The translations under genes were made by a program, and so were the position numbers. Under the pieces are notes generated by a model. The model saw only the letters and a program-made list of their open reading frames with translations, ran no database searches and was not told the DNA's origin. This document shows, piece after piece, positions 12,138-24,019 of a DNA stretch of 64,000 bases. Numbering within the stretch: position 1 is the stretch's first letter; every line of letters begins with the position of its first letter. The stretch comes from Lama glama (Eukaryota), in the NCBI GenBank assembly GCA_028534125.1, contig CM052817.1:26290001-26354000 (forward strand). Direction: 5' to 3'.

Positions 12138-14033
12138 CTACAGCAGAAAAAACAACAATAAAATATCTATTTCATTTAAAAACATGGACAGGTTTTTTAA
12201 TAAACATGTGAAAAGAAAACTATATAACTGGGTATAACATACGCAAGTGAAGGGGATGAAACAGAACATGTTTTGATTAATGATACTAATTGAGTGATAT
12301 TTGATTACTAATGATAGGATAGTCACCAAACTAGAAGAAATAAACTTCTAAATATGATCAAGTTATAAATTTTACAAGAAAAAGACAAAGTAATTGAGTT
12401 GTTAACTTTCTTTGAAATTAGGATGAAAGTTCTAGGAATCTTAACGCTCATTAGACAGTTATGTAATTCCATTATAGAGAATTTTATAGAGACATATCCT
12501 TATAACAGAGAAAAATATAGTCTCAATCTTCTGGGTTTTTTTTTTAAATTTAAGTCTGGCTAATCTCTCCATTAGTTTAGTAATAAATAGTACTTAAATG
12601 TGGGTCATGAGTTTTTTTTGAATATCCAGAAAATCAAAAACATTTTGACTCAGAGGACAATGAGAAGGAAAATGTGATGTACAAAGGTTGATAATTTAAA
12701 AGAATTCTAGGAAGAAACAAAGAAAATATAATACCAAGAGCATAAATTAAAAGACACCTCCAGTCCTGCCAACACATATAAACTTAGAAAAAATATTAAA
12801 TGTAAAAATGCTAAAGAGGCAGTTGCATGCAACTGATATGAGCATATATTTTTGGTAGTGTCATCAAATGATATATTTATTTTGAAAGGCAACATACATT
12901 AAAAGAGTTAGAAAATATTCATATTTACTATGCAGACCTTGAAAAGAATAAGGAAAATAGTTTTAAAATTAAAATATATATATACACACAAATAAGCACA
13001 GAACACTAATTCTGGAAGAATATGTGAAAATCTATTGGTGAAGGCTATTTCTGAGAATTAAGAATAAGGTATTCGGGGTTGAAGAGAGACAATTTTCACT
13101 GTATATTCTTTTGTACCATTTAAGAAAACATTTTAAAACTATGTTTAAGGATTAATTTAGTTATGTAAATAACACTAATAATTCATACCATTTAAATTAA
13201 TATATTCTCCCTTGGGCTTTTATATGTAGAAAATAATTCAAAAATAGATAAATGCTACATTCACAAAGATAACTACTAAAGGAAAATGCTGAAAAAAATC
13301 TAAATGCAAGGCAACAGGGAAATGATTAGGTAAATTATATGTCAATTCAAAGGAATATTTACAGTCATTCATATCATAAATAAAAAGATAATGTCAAAAT
13401 AAGGAAATATGTATGTAAATAAAGATAATTCAAAATTTTATATAGAGTATGCAAAAAGAAAAAGTACGAGTGTGAGCAAATGTTCAACAATGGAACTGCT
13501 ACATTAAAGCAACAGAATTATAAATTTTTTTGCTCCTAATTATTGATTTTTTTAGTTAAAAAAAGAGAAAGAAAAAAGAATAAACTTCTATTTAATAAAT
13601 TTAAAAAAAGTTTTATTATTGTATAACAACTATTTAAGAGGGAGAAACAAAAAGGTTCAGAAGAATGACCTAGAGACTTGAAGAGGAAAGTATATAGACA
13701 AACAGACGGCCACAGATATAGATAAAGGGAGAAAGTGAAAGAGATCATCCTACCCAGCAGATAAAAAGATAAAGATAAATACAAAGGCAGTAGTGGGAGT
13801 TGTAGATGAGTTTTCATAAAAATAACCTCCTCCATCCTGTGCCATTTAAAAATAATGTCAATATAAGTTTATAAAGTTATGCTGCACTTGGTCACATTTC
13901 TTTTGTATATTTCTTCTAAACAGATCAAACTGTTTATAGGCTAAATAAGCCTTCATGTGAATGGTTCTATAAAATTAGTACAATAGACTAAGAACTATAG
14001 GTTTATGAGGTAAATATAGGCAGAAATACATAC

Positions 14034-14114
14034 ATTGGCAATGCATGCCTCAATAGTCTGAACTGTCCTTTTCAATAGGACTTTGGCGAGGTCGAAGGAC
14101 TGTTTATTTAAGTT
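14034..14114 (-). CDS. PDS5A: PDS5A coding exon 7 (81 nt; [27 protein letters not shown])
   Basis: Translation matches PDS5A. Acceptor tgtttcag|, donor |gtatgt. Confidence 0.96.
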
Positions 14115-14835
14115 CTGAAACAATAAAAAATATGCACAGTTACAAATGAATTAGTGAATTTATGAGACAGCATCATTAGGATAGAATACCAAATTCTTCA
14201 AATCCACAGAATATGAAGCAAAAAACCCCACAAAAAAACCAAAAAAGCCCCACCAAAATGAAAAAAACACCCTGAACCTCATTTTTCACCCAATATCCTC
14301 TAGTCAACTGGTCCTAAATGCAGAAGTTGCAAACCACACAACCATAAATCAAAAACTAAAATACATTAGATAATTAGCCAAAAGCCCAACCCTATATTAA
14401 GTTTACTTATACTAAACTCAAAATGGCCCTAAAACTTTTTGCTTTTGTTTAACCAACTTGAACTGGCAATTACACCCATATATCCTAAACAAATACACAA
14501 ACACACCCCTTTCTAATCTACTATCCTCATATTTCACTGTCTAATCAACGTGTGTTCTGAGGAAGAACAGACATGTAACGTGTTTCAAGAATTTTTTAAT
14601 TATATTTTTGAAACTCAAAAATTCTCAATCAGTTATATTTATATTCATGAATACTATGTTTGTTTCTCAAGATCCCCAATCATGGTAAAAAAAATTAAAA
14701 GGATTAAGGAAGGTTGTAGAAAAGATATATATTTAATTAAAAAAACTTACTGAAAATGTAATTCTTGTTTTGAAGAGTACCTATTAATACCTCTGCACTT
14801 ATTCCCCAAAAAGTCAAGAATATTGTATACTCTAG

Positions 14836-15049
14836 GTTAGTAGTCAGCAAATTTTTTATGCAAACAGCCAGACAGTAAATATTTTAGGCTCTATTAGCCA
14901 TATGGTTACTGCTGCAACTCCATAACTGCTATTGTAGTGGGAAAGCAGCCATAGACAAAATGAAAATGGCTGTGTTCAAATAAGAATTTATTTACAAAAA
15001 CAGACAGTGGGCTAGACTTGGTCTACAAGCCACATCTTTCTGACACTTG
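14836..15049 (+). mobile_element. MER58A-like hAT-Charlie MITE
   Basis: gtcagcaaattttt...ccagacagtaaatattttaggc...gcagccatagac...ggctgtgttc resembles the MER58A consensus. Confidence 0.75.
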
Positions 15050-15108
15050 CCCCAAGTTTTTATTCTATTGGTAAGAGGATAAAATTAGCTCAAAATTAAG
15101 GTAAACTT

Positions 15109-15718
15109 GGAGGAAAGAAGTAAGTGAGGGAGATTAAGAGATACAAACTTCCACTTATGAAATAAATGAGTCACAGATATGAAATGCACAGAATGGAGAA
15201 TATAGTCAGTAACTATGTAATATCTATGTATGCTGACATACTATAAGTAAAGTAACTTGGGCGATCATTTTGAAATGTATATAAATATTGTGTAATAGGA
15301 ACTAATTTAATGTTATGTAGGTCAATTATACTTCAAAAACAAACACAGAAAAAGAGATCAGATTTGTAGTTATCAGAGATCAGAGGTGGAGGGGGATGAG
15401 GGCATTGAATGAAGACAGTCAAAAGGTACTTCTAATCATAAGATAAGTAAGTACTAGGGATGAAATGTATAACATGATAAATATAATTAACACTGCTGTG
15501 TATTATACATGAAATTTGTTGAGAGTAAATCCTAAGATTTATCTCATCACAAGAAAAAAATTTTTTCTATTTCTTTAATTTTGTATCTATGAGATGAAGA
15601 CTGTTCATTAAACTTATGTGATAAATCATTTCATAATGTATGTAAATCAAATCATTATGCTGTATACCTTAAATTTATACAGTGCTATTTGTTAATCATA
15701 TATCAATACTGGAAGAAA
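15109..15718 (+). mobile_element. L1 3'-UTR fragment (older laurasiatherian-type subfamily)
   Basis: Typical L1 3' end (tgctgtataccttaaatttatacagtgc...atcaat). TSD-like aaaattaaggtaaactt / aaaattaaggcaacctt. Confidence 0.7.
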
Positions 15719-16634
15719 AAAATTAAGGCAACCTTTCTACTTCCTAAAAAAGAGTATTTCCTACTAACTAGAATACAAACACCAAATACACTATTAATTC
15801 CTCATAAAAGTTTTTCTCTCTTATACTGCCTGACATATACTCCCCCTTTGCCATACTCTCAACATTTTGACCAATTATAAACTTGAATTAATGTTAACAA
15901 TATACAGAGAGTCAGAAGAATTCATAAGTGATTAAATCTTATCATGAATAAGTATAATTGGATACATGTCCATCGAACATCTAATAGGTCACTGAACAGT
16001 TAAGAGGAAAGGAGCAGGAGGATAAAGATCAACAGTCGGATAGGCCTGAGTCCACGCCAGGGGTAGGGAGTTAAGTCCTTCAGTTCTTAGGAGAAACTAG
16101 CAGAGAGAAACAGAAAAAGGAAATGGAGAGGAATATACAGCTCTGAATCTCCCTTTCCCTCTTAATACTAACCATTTAGTTTTGCCCAAATCTTATTCTG
16201 AAAATGTCTAAGAAAAATGTAGAACAAGGGTTCTGAGAAGAAATACGAATTCCTACCCTTCCTATCCACGTTACAAAGGAGGAAACACATTTTCTTTTCA
16301 AAAAAATAAAAACAAAAACAAAACCCTAACCAAGACAGTACCCCAACCCCTTGTAATTTCTAGATTAGATAGGAGTGGTCAATTTGAAACATTTTTAGTT
16401 TTCCAAAAAACAGGCATCGCGTAACTGAATGAAAATTTTTCTACAATATGTTAATCAACATATCTTCTAAAAACAACAGTAGCTATAAGACTGATGTGTG
16501 TTACTCTATCTGCTGGAGAATAATAGTGGGAATACAAATTACCTGGGATTGCAAATAGTAAAAAAACAATTATTTTTCATATGTGTAGCACTACTATAAA
16601 ATATTAACCTTTAATATCACCATATTATACAGAC

Positions 16635-16761
16635 CTTATGTGCAGGAATGAGGTTAATAAGAATGGAGTCCAGTAATTCTTGAGTAACTCCATCACCTTC
16701 CATGATGATAGAACTCATCAAGTCTAGCATGTGCATTTGTACCTTCTTATTGTGGCTATTG
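16635..16761 (-). CDS. PDS5A: PDS5A coding exon 6 (127 nt; [42 protein letters not shown])
   Basis: Contained in ORF 16617..16808. Acceptor tttttaag|, donor |gtctgt. Confidence 0.95.
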
Positions 16762-17959
16762 CTTAAAAAAAAAGACGACAAGAAGAAAAAAAAATTTAGG
16801 CTTACCAAAGAAAAACTTCCTAGTTTAAAACAACTATCCCAAATGTAAAAGGATATTCAATTAAGATATATTATATAGAGAGGAAGAAAGACTAAAAATG
16901 ACAAAAACTTCTCATAGAAACAATGCAAGCCAGAAAAAGATGGAGGAACATCTTTAAAAAGTACTGACAGAGAAAAAAAGAAAGAAAAGAGCCTATTACC
17001 CCAGAATTCATACCATGAAAATAACTTTCAAAAATGAAGATGAGATACAGATTTTTTTCAGACATGTAAAAACTGAAAGAATTCTATCAGCAATAGACCT
17101 GAACTATAGGAAGTGTTAGAGAAAGACCTTCAGATTAAAGCAAAATAACACCAAATAAAAATCTGCGTATATGCAAAGGAATGAAGAATACCAGATATAT
17201 GGTAAATGTGTTACTAAATACAAATCAATAAACTCTTTCAAACGGCAAGCTCTTTATTTACTGATATCTCATTGTGAATTAGTTTAAGTAATTAGGTCAA
17301 CAATAAAGGTAATCAGGTCAACAATAAACTTAAGATTTAGATTCAGGAAATAAAAATATTAATATGATCAAAGAAAGATGTGTGTATGTTTAAGTAATAG
17401 AGTAAAGAAGTATAACTGCAGTGTGAAAGGTGGACAAAGTTTTGGCCCCTATGTTGCATACATCCTGCAGAAAAGTGTGACTATTCAGGGCTCTCCTGTT
17501 CAGCAATTTGTCCTTGGACAAGCCACCACACTCCTTCTCTGTGCGTGAGTTTCCCTATTTCTATAAGTAAAGAGCAACGCTTATGTATTTATTTTTTTAA
17601 GCTCTAAAATGAGAACGTATCAAAATCAGTGTGATTAACCACTGAGCTATTATGCATCCCAGCACTCACTAATGGCACTTACAATTTCCACCTCATAATT
17701 TAGTACTTCATTATATAAGGTCTCATACCATTTGTTTTACAAGAGTCAGCCAATATAATTGATTTCACAACTGAAAATGGTAGTATAAGGACAAAAGCAG
17801 TTTTCAGCAACAAAATTTTTCTTTTTCTTTTCATGTTTCTTCTGAGGAAAACATTTTCTTTTAACTCTAAAAGATCTTAGTGTACATACATAGTACATGA
17901 TACTTCAATATGCACAGCAAGAAAAAGAAACAAACAAAAATGCTTTAAAAATAACTTAC

Positions 17960-18057
17960 TTGATCACTGAGAAGAGAGTCCTAAAAAGCTGAATAAAAAT
18001 TTCATTGCAATCTTCCAATTCAAAGCAGATGTTATATGATTTAACCCAAGCTAAATT
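17960..18057 (-). CDS. PDS5A: PDS5A coding exon 5 (98 nt; [32 protein letters not shown])
   Basis: Translation matches PDS5A. Acceptor tatttaag|, donor |gtaagt. Confidence 0.95.
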
Positions 18058-18599
18058 CTTAAATAAATAAATAAATAGAAATTATTACATATACACAGAA
18101 GTTATACAAAGCAAACTCATTAAAAATTTTAATTTTTAGAATTATAAATATATATCAAAGCTTAAAAAGGCTCAACATATAAAATTACAGTTGTTTAAAT
18201 AGTCATGTACTCTGACCTTCAAAAAGAGATGCATCTGTTGGCATTAACCTTCTCTACTTGAAAAACACCGAATTGTTAAAGGTTGGTAAGACACATACAT
18301 ACAAAACATATGGAGCAGTGAAATTTAATTCAACTTAATCTCTCTGGGAATTAGAAAAGAATAAAAACAGAAAGATGAGAACAAAGTTTCAAATACTGTA
18401 ACAGTTTTTCCAGTGGACTATGCTTTCTCTTTTTAGGACATGAGGAACAACGACAAAAAGATTGTAAATGATTATTTTCTCTAGTGGGCTTCTTATAAAG
18501 CAAACAAACGAATAAGATTCATTTTACATTATAAAGTTACTATAAAGAATTTTCTACTACATAAAATAGTGTGATATTTATTAAATTAAATGTTTTTAC

Positions 18600-18686
18600 C
18601 TCTAATAAATAAAAGTATCTATTAAACTGTGGGCTCTTTGTATCCTCCAAACCTTTTAATTGTCTGGTGATAAACAAAAATATGTC
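18600..18686 (-). CDS. PDS5A: PDS5A coding exon 4 (87 nt; [29 protein letters not shown])
   Basis: Contained in ORF 18540..18728. Acceptor tttaaacag|, donor |gtaaaa. Confidence 0.96.
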
Positions 18687-19700
18687 CTGTTTAAAAAAAA
18701 AAGTGACAAAATATATTAATTTAGACACAAATACTTATTATTTTCACAGTACACTAACAGACTGTATATATATACATATATATATATGTGTGTATATATA
18801 TATCTCCATTACAAACTCCAATAAAAGAAAATTCTCCGTTAGCTAAATGACTTGGGACTAGCCTAGTCCATTATTCAAAATATCTAGAAAAGAGCAAATC
18901 ACATAAAATTACATTCCTTAGAAACAAAAGATTATTACTGCCACAAATCTTTAGGCTTTCTCATTCTGAGAGAACCATACATTCTACATCTTGTTACCCT
19001 TTCTAGTACAGAACTTTCAGTTTAAATCACTATCTTCATCTTGTGTCATGGCAATTTTCTTCAGTTTAAGGACATGGATATGATTCTTTTCATTACCATT
19101 TCCTATACATAAATAATTTTCAGCACCTAGTTTTAAGTTTGATACGTGACTACAAAGTTGTGTGGAACAAAAGCAATATGATAAAGTGGTCTAAGTGTGC
19201 TTTTCACAAAAGTGCTCCATTTCTAAATAAATTTTTTTAGAAGTTTTAACCCAAAATAATATCAATGTGGAACAAAGTGATTTTAGGACTATTTAAAAGA
19301 AAGCAGTCCAAAGGATTATAATTTGCCAAGAATAAAAGTATTCAAAATATAAAATCAGCTCAAGAGATCAATTCAAACGAGGAATTTCTAAAACATTTCA
19401 AACAAAGGCAGAACCACCAAGATGAGCATATAGTTTTACGTGTAGAATAACTTGGAGAAGAAAACAGTCACTGGATTATGAAAATTGTTATACTGTTGTT
19501 TTAAAAAGTGCCATTCATGCACAACGCCCATCAATTCAGCCATTTGGGCTGTGAGACAGGTTATCCCGAAGGTTAGAATTAATAATTTGTTTTAGAACCT
19601 ATTATCTTCTTATGATAAGATGACTGATGTGAAACCTGTGTTCCTAAGGGTAGTAAGCTAAACTATAAAAGTAAATCAATTCTATAAAGATTGTATTTAC

Positions 19701-19904
19701 CTTAAGTTTATCGTGGGAAGTATATGGAGCTTCTGGGGCATAGATTCTAAAGATGTCAGCCAAACAACATGCTACAAGGAGACGCACATCTTTATTGGGA
19801 TTCCTGAGAAAAAATTCAGATGCTAGATGCAAGGCTAGTGGGAGATACTGCTGTTTTTCATCTTCTGAGTCCTGATCCATATCCATAAAAGTTTTTACTA
19901 CCAT
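19701..19904 (-). CDS. PDS5A: PDS5A coding exon 3 (204 nt; [68 protein letters not shown])
   Basis: Contained in ORF 19644..20051. Acceptor ttttgcag|, donor |gtaaat. Confidence 0.97.
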
Positions 19905-19961
19905 CTGCAAAAATGTGTAAAAGGAAAATGTAATCAACTCCTGATATTTAGAAACCAGAAG

Positions 19962-20024
19962 GAGATATATATATATATATATAATCTCATATATATTATA
20001 TATATATATTATATATATATATCT
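19962..20024. repeat. Interrupted (TA)n microsatellite with inverted-repeat ends
   Basis: gagatatatatatatatata...tatatatatatatctc, about 60 nt from the exon 3 acceptor. Confidence 0.85.
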
Positions 20025-20116
20025 CATCTCCATTACAACACAAACTAGCAATCAGTTACTATCAAAGGATTCACAATTAATTTTCATAAATCTTCATTTA
20101 AGAATCTGACTAAACT

Positions 20117-20250
20117 GGGGGAGGGTATATATAGCTCAAGCGGTAGAGTGCATGTTTAGCATACAGGAGGTCCTGGGTTCAATCCCCAGTACCTCCTCTA
20201 AAAATTAAAACAAAACAAAAGAAAACACTTAATTACCTCTCCTCCCAGAA
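20117..20250 (+). mobile_element. tRNA-derived SINE (vic-1-like), first of a tandem pair
   Basis: Same head and core. Diverged TSD aagaatctgactaaa / aagaatttgagtaaa. Confidence 0.85.
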
Positions 20251-20267
20251 AAAGAATTTGAGTAAAG

Positions 20268-20403
20268 CGGGGAGGCTATAGCTCAGTGGTAGAGTGTGTG
20301 CTTAGCATGTAGGAGATACTAGGTTCGATCGCCAGTGCCTCCATTAAAAAAAAAAATAAATAAACCTAATTACCTCCTCCACAAAACAAAACAAAACAAA
20401 ACA
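20268..20403 (+). mobile_element. tRNA-derived SINE (vic-1-like), second of a tandem pair
   Basis: Perfect TSD aaagaatttgagtaaag at 20251-20267 and 20404-20420. Confidence 0.87.
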
Positions 20404-22900
20404 AAAGAATTTGAGTAAAGACTACAAGCATGGACAAGTATCAATTTCTGGATTACTCATAGATATATTGTCTGCATTGTTCCAGATTTATGAAAAACTT
20501 AATCTCATTATTAATTTTATATCTAGCCCAAGGAAAAAAGTTCTTGGCTTCATGTGCACAACCAAATTCATCTGATATTTTGCACTATCATCAATAATGC
20601 TTCGTTTATACTTTATTATTAAAGCTGCCTTGATTTAGGATCCTTAAAACTATCTTATTTCACACTTCAATGGGTTTTGTAATTCACAATAGAAAGCCAT
20701 TTTAAATATTTTTATAAAGTTGTACTTCTGATTAAAAGTTTTAATTATAAAATAACCTCTGTATTTATGGTTACAAAATTAACAAATGTACATTTTTAGA
20801 ATCACTCTAAAATGCAAAAAGGTATAATAAAAAAATTCATAATTTCTCAACCCCAGAAAAAAACCACTATTTACATTTTTGTACATTTTATGCTGGTCTG
20901 TTTTCCCTGTAAAGATGCAAATACTGTCATTCTTTATTCATTTATCCAATCATGATCTTTTCCTTATGCCTTCAAAATTCTTCTTTAAATAAGTCAGACT
21001 TTACCTAACCAGTCACCACTGTTAAATATTGAAGTTGTACCTCTATTTCTATTTTGACAAGATTTTTATGAGATAAAGTGCTGGATTTTACCAAAATATT
21101 TTCTGCACCTACTGAAGTAATCATATTTTCCTCCTAATTCTGTTAATAGAGTAAATCCCACTGACTGGTTTTCTAATTTTAATGCATCACACACACTGTC
21201 ATAAAATACAGACATCAGGAATGACATCTTAAAAAACAAAATTTGGTGTTTTTGTTATAAATGGCTTTGTACCCATATATAGCCTGGAGGTGGGGAGAGA
21301 GGAAGGAGCAGTAAAAGTGGAAACTGCCGACATCTGGAGAATACAGGAGTTCTCTGTATTATTCTTGCAACTTTTCTCAATCTGAAATTATATATCAAAA
21401 TAAAAAGTCAAAATTAAAAAAGAATATATTAACCACGTAATATGGGGCAAACATACATATATTAATAATTGAAATGAAAGCTCACCAAACAGGACTTGTC
21501 TTTTCAAAAAAAGTTTATCAAATGAAGTTCAAAACTAATTGGGGGAGGGGAGGATGTATTTTTCTTTTGCTGATTTTTAATGGAACACATTTATCTGCAT
21601 CATTAGCTTGATATATAGATGTTAATGGTACGGAAATAAAATCATATTTATAAAGTATTCTAATTCTACTTTAAAAACTTTTAACAGAAGTGCATAAGAG
21701 ACAGTGATTTACAGTCATCCACATCTGTGTTGTTTTTTCCAGGTTAAGCCACTCGTACTACACTAGTCTATATTTTATGATAATGTGTGTGATGTATTCC
21801 TTTCTGAAAGTTTCTGAATTCCTTTCTGAATCCTATAAAATTCCTAAGGACCAGATGTTCTTTTTAAATTATTACTTTTTACCACACTAGTATTACTTCA
21901 TCCAGAGCTTTATTTCTTTTAATATATTTTATGTTTATTCCCCTTGATTTAAACATTAATTAACATGTAGCTGAGAAAAATTGTTCCCCAGTTTTAGAAG
22001 TTGTTTCTTTCACCTTACTTTTGTCAGAAAAAGAATTTTTATCTGTTTTGTTAACAGCTGTATCCTCAATGATTAGAACAGGAAAAACACAAAGTAACCA
22101 TACAAACTTTTTTTTTTGGAAAGAACATTAAAATTAATAAAATCTACTTTGATAATATACATTATATATATTTTTAAAAATTGACCCATATGTCCCTACC
22201 ATTCTGGCACAAAATTTCATCAGTTCTAGATAATCAACGAGTACATAACTTCTGTTGGGTAGAAATTTATTTAGAATATTTAAGTAAATATATTCTGAAA
22301 CATGGGTCTATAGCAGAGGACACAACTCGAAGGGAGGGACAAGGAAATAATGATCAGGGAGAAATGAAGAGTAGTCATGCCTCATCCAAAGAGAGAGATG
22401 GCTTCAAGTAATTGTTGCCAGGTGACAATGCAGATTTAGTACTGCAACATCATTGTTGATCAGGACACAATAAAATTTTAAGTGAAACTATCTGATTTGA
22501 GAATTTCAGTAACTCCAAAAAGTTCATACTATTGTGAGGGACATGCAAAACATATCTGTGTGGTCCTCAAATCAACAATTTGCAAATTCTTAGAAACATT
22601 TTCAAAGGAAAAATGTCAGCATAGCTATCATTTCAGGTAGAGAAATTATTCTGAAAAGCTGTTTCCCCACTTCTTTTGTACTTAAATAGAAATACGAGTT
22701 TTAACTAGGTAAAAAAATTACGAAGAAAATGTCCAATAAACTGAACATCATTAAAATCTAGAGGGCCTTCAAAATGTTAATGAAGATTTTACAGTATACA
22801 TTCCTCAAACATACTACAGAAAATATCATTTAATTAAAGTTTTCCACACTAAAATGTAATGATAAAGACAGACTTTAGAACCTGCAAAAAAATTAATTCC

Positions 22901-23455
22901 GGAAACAGCCTAAATGTCCATCAACAGGTAACTGGATAAAGAAGATGTGGTATATTTATACAATGGAGTACTACTCAGTCATAAAAACCAACAACATAAT
23001 GCCATTTGCAGCAACATGGATGCTCCTGGAGAATGTCATTCTAAGTGAAGTAAGCCAGAAAGAGAAAGAAAAATACCATATGAGATCGCTCATATGTGGA
23101 ATCTAAAAAACAAAAACAAAAACAAACAAACAAACAAAAACAAAGCTTAAATACAGGACAGAAATAGACTCATAGAGAATACAGACTTGTGGTTGCCAAC
23201 GGGGTGGAGGTGCAGACTTGCGGTTGCCAAGGGGGTGGAGGTGGGAAGGGATAGACTGGGATTTCAAAATTGTAGAATAGATAAACAAGATTACACTGTA
23301 TAGCACAGGGAAATATACACAAAATGTTATGATAACTCACAGAGAAAAAAATGTGACAATGAGTGTGTATATGTCCATGTACGACTGAAAAATTGTGCTG
23401 AACATTGGAATTTGACACAACATTGTAAAGTGATTATAAATCAATAAAAAATGTT
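22901..23455 (+). mobile_element. Young lineage-specific L1 3' fragment
   Basis: ORF2 C-terminal end plus 3'UTR and AATAAA. TSD aaaaaaattaattcc at 22886-22900 and 23456-23470. Confidence 0.9.
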
Positions 23456-23674
23456 AAAAAAATTAATTCCCAGTGGAATAAAAGTCAAAATTTGAAAGGG
23501 ACATCTAAGAAACTTCTAAAAAATAAAGAGAATATCTTTATGATGTGGAGTAGGAAGAATTTCTTAAATCAAGACACAAAAGCACTAACTACAGATTGAT
23601 CCTTTCTGTAAAATTAAAATTAATGTGCGTTCATCAAAAGATACACTAAAATTTTTTAAAGCCATGCCAGTGAA

Positions 23675-23803
23675 GCTCACAGTGAAAGAGAATGTGACGA
23701 TGAATGTATGTATGTTCATGTACAGCTGAAAAATTGTGCTCCACACTGGAATTTGACACAACAGTGTAAAATGACTATAACTCAATAAAAAAAAGTTAAA
23801 AAA
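23675..23803 (+). mobile_element. Very short young L1 3' tip
   Basis: Perfect 17-bp TSD aaagccatgccagtgaa at 23658-23674 and 23804-23820. Confidence 0.88.
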
Positions 23804-24019
23804 AAAGCCATGCCAGTGAATGAGAGCCAATGAATATTTCGTACAGGCATAACCAATAAAGAATCTATCTAGTATATATAAAGAACTCCTAGAATTCAAT
23901 AAGAAAAACTCTATTGTAAAAGTGATACATGACTTGCTAGACTAAGCACTTTTTGAAAGAAACTCGAATAGTCAATATAGTGGGGAAGGAAATCTCTTTG
24001 GTGGTCAAGGAAATGTAAA

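Noticed and set aside
16629..16634. Weak exon 6 donor (GTCTGT) as evidence of mis-splicing or pseudogenisation
   Set aside because: It keeps GT, the +5G/+6T and an AAG exon end, and the reading frame is intact through all ten coding exons.
19644..20051. 135-aa ORF as a standalone gene
   Set aside because: Only 19701-19904 is PDS5A exon 3. The rest is intron and (TA)n read-through.
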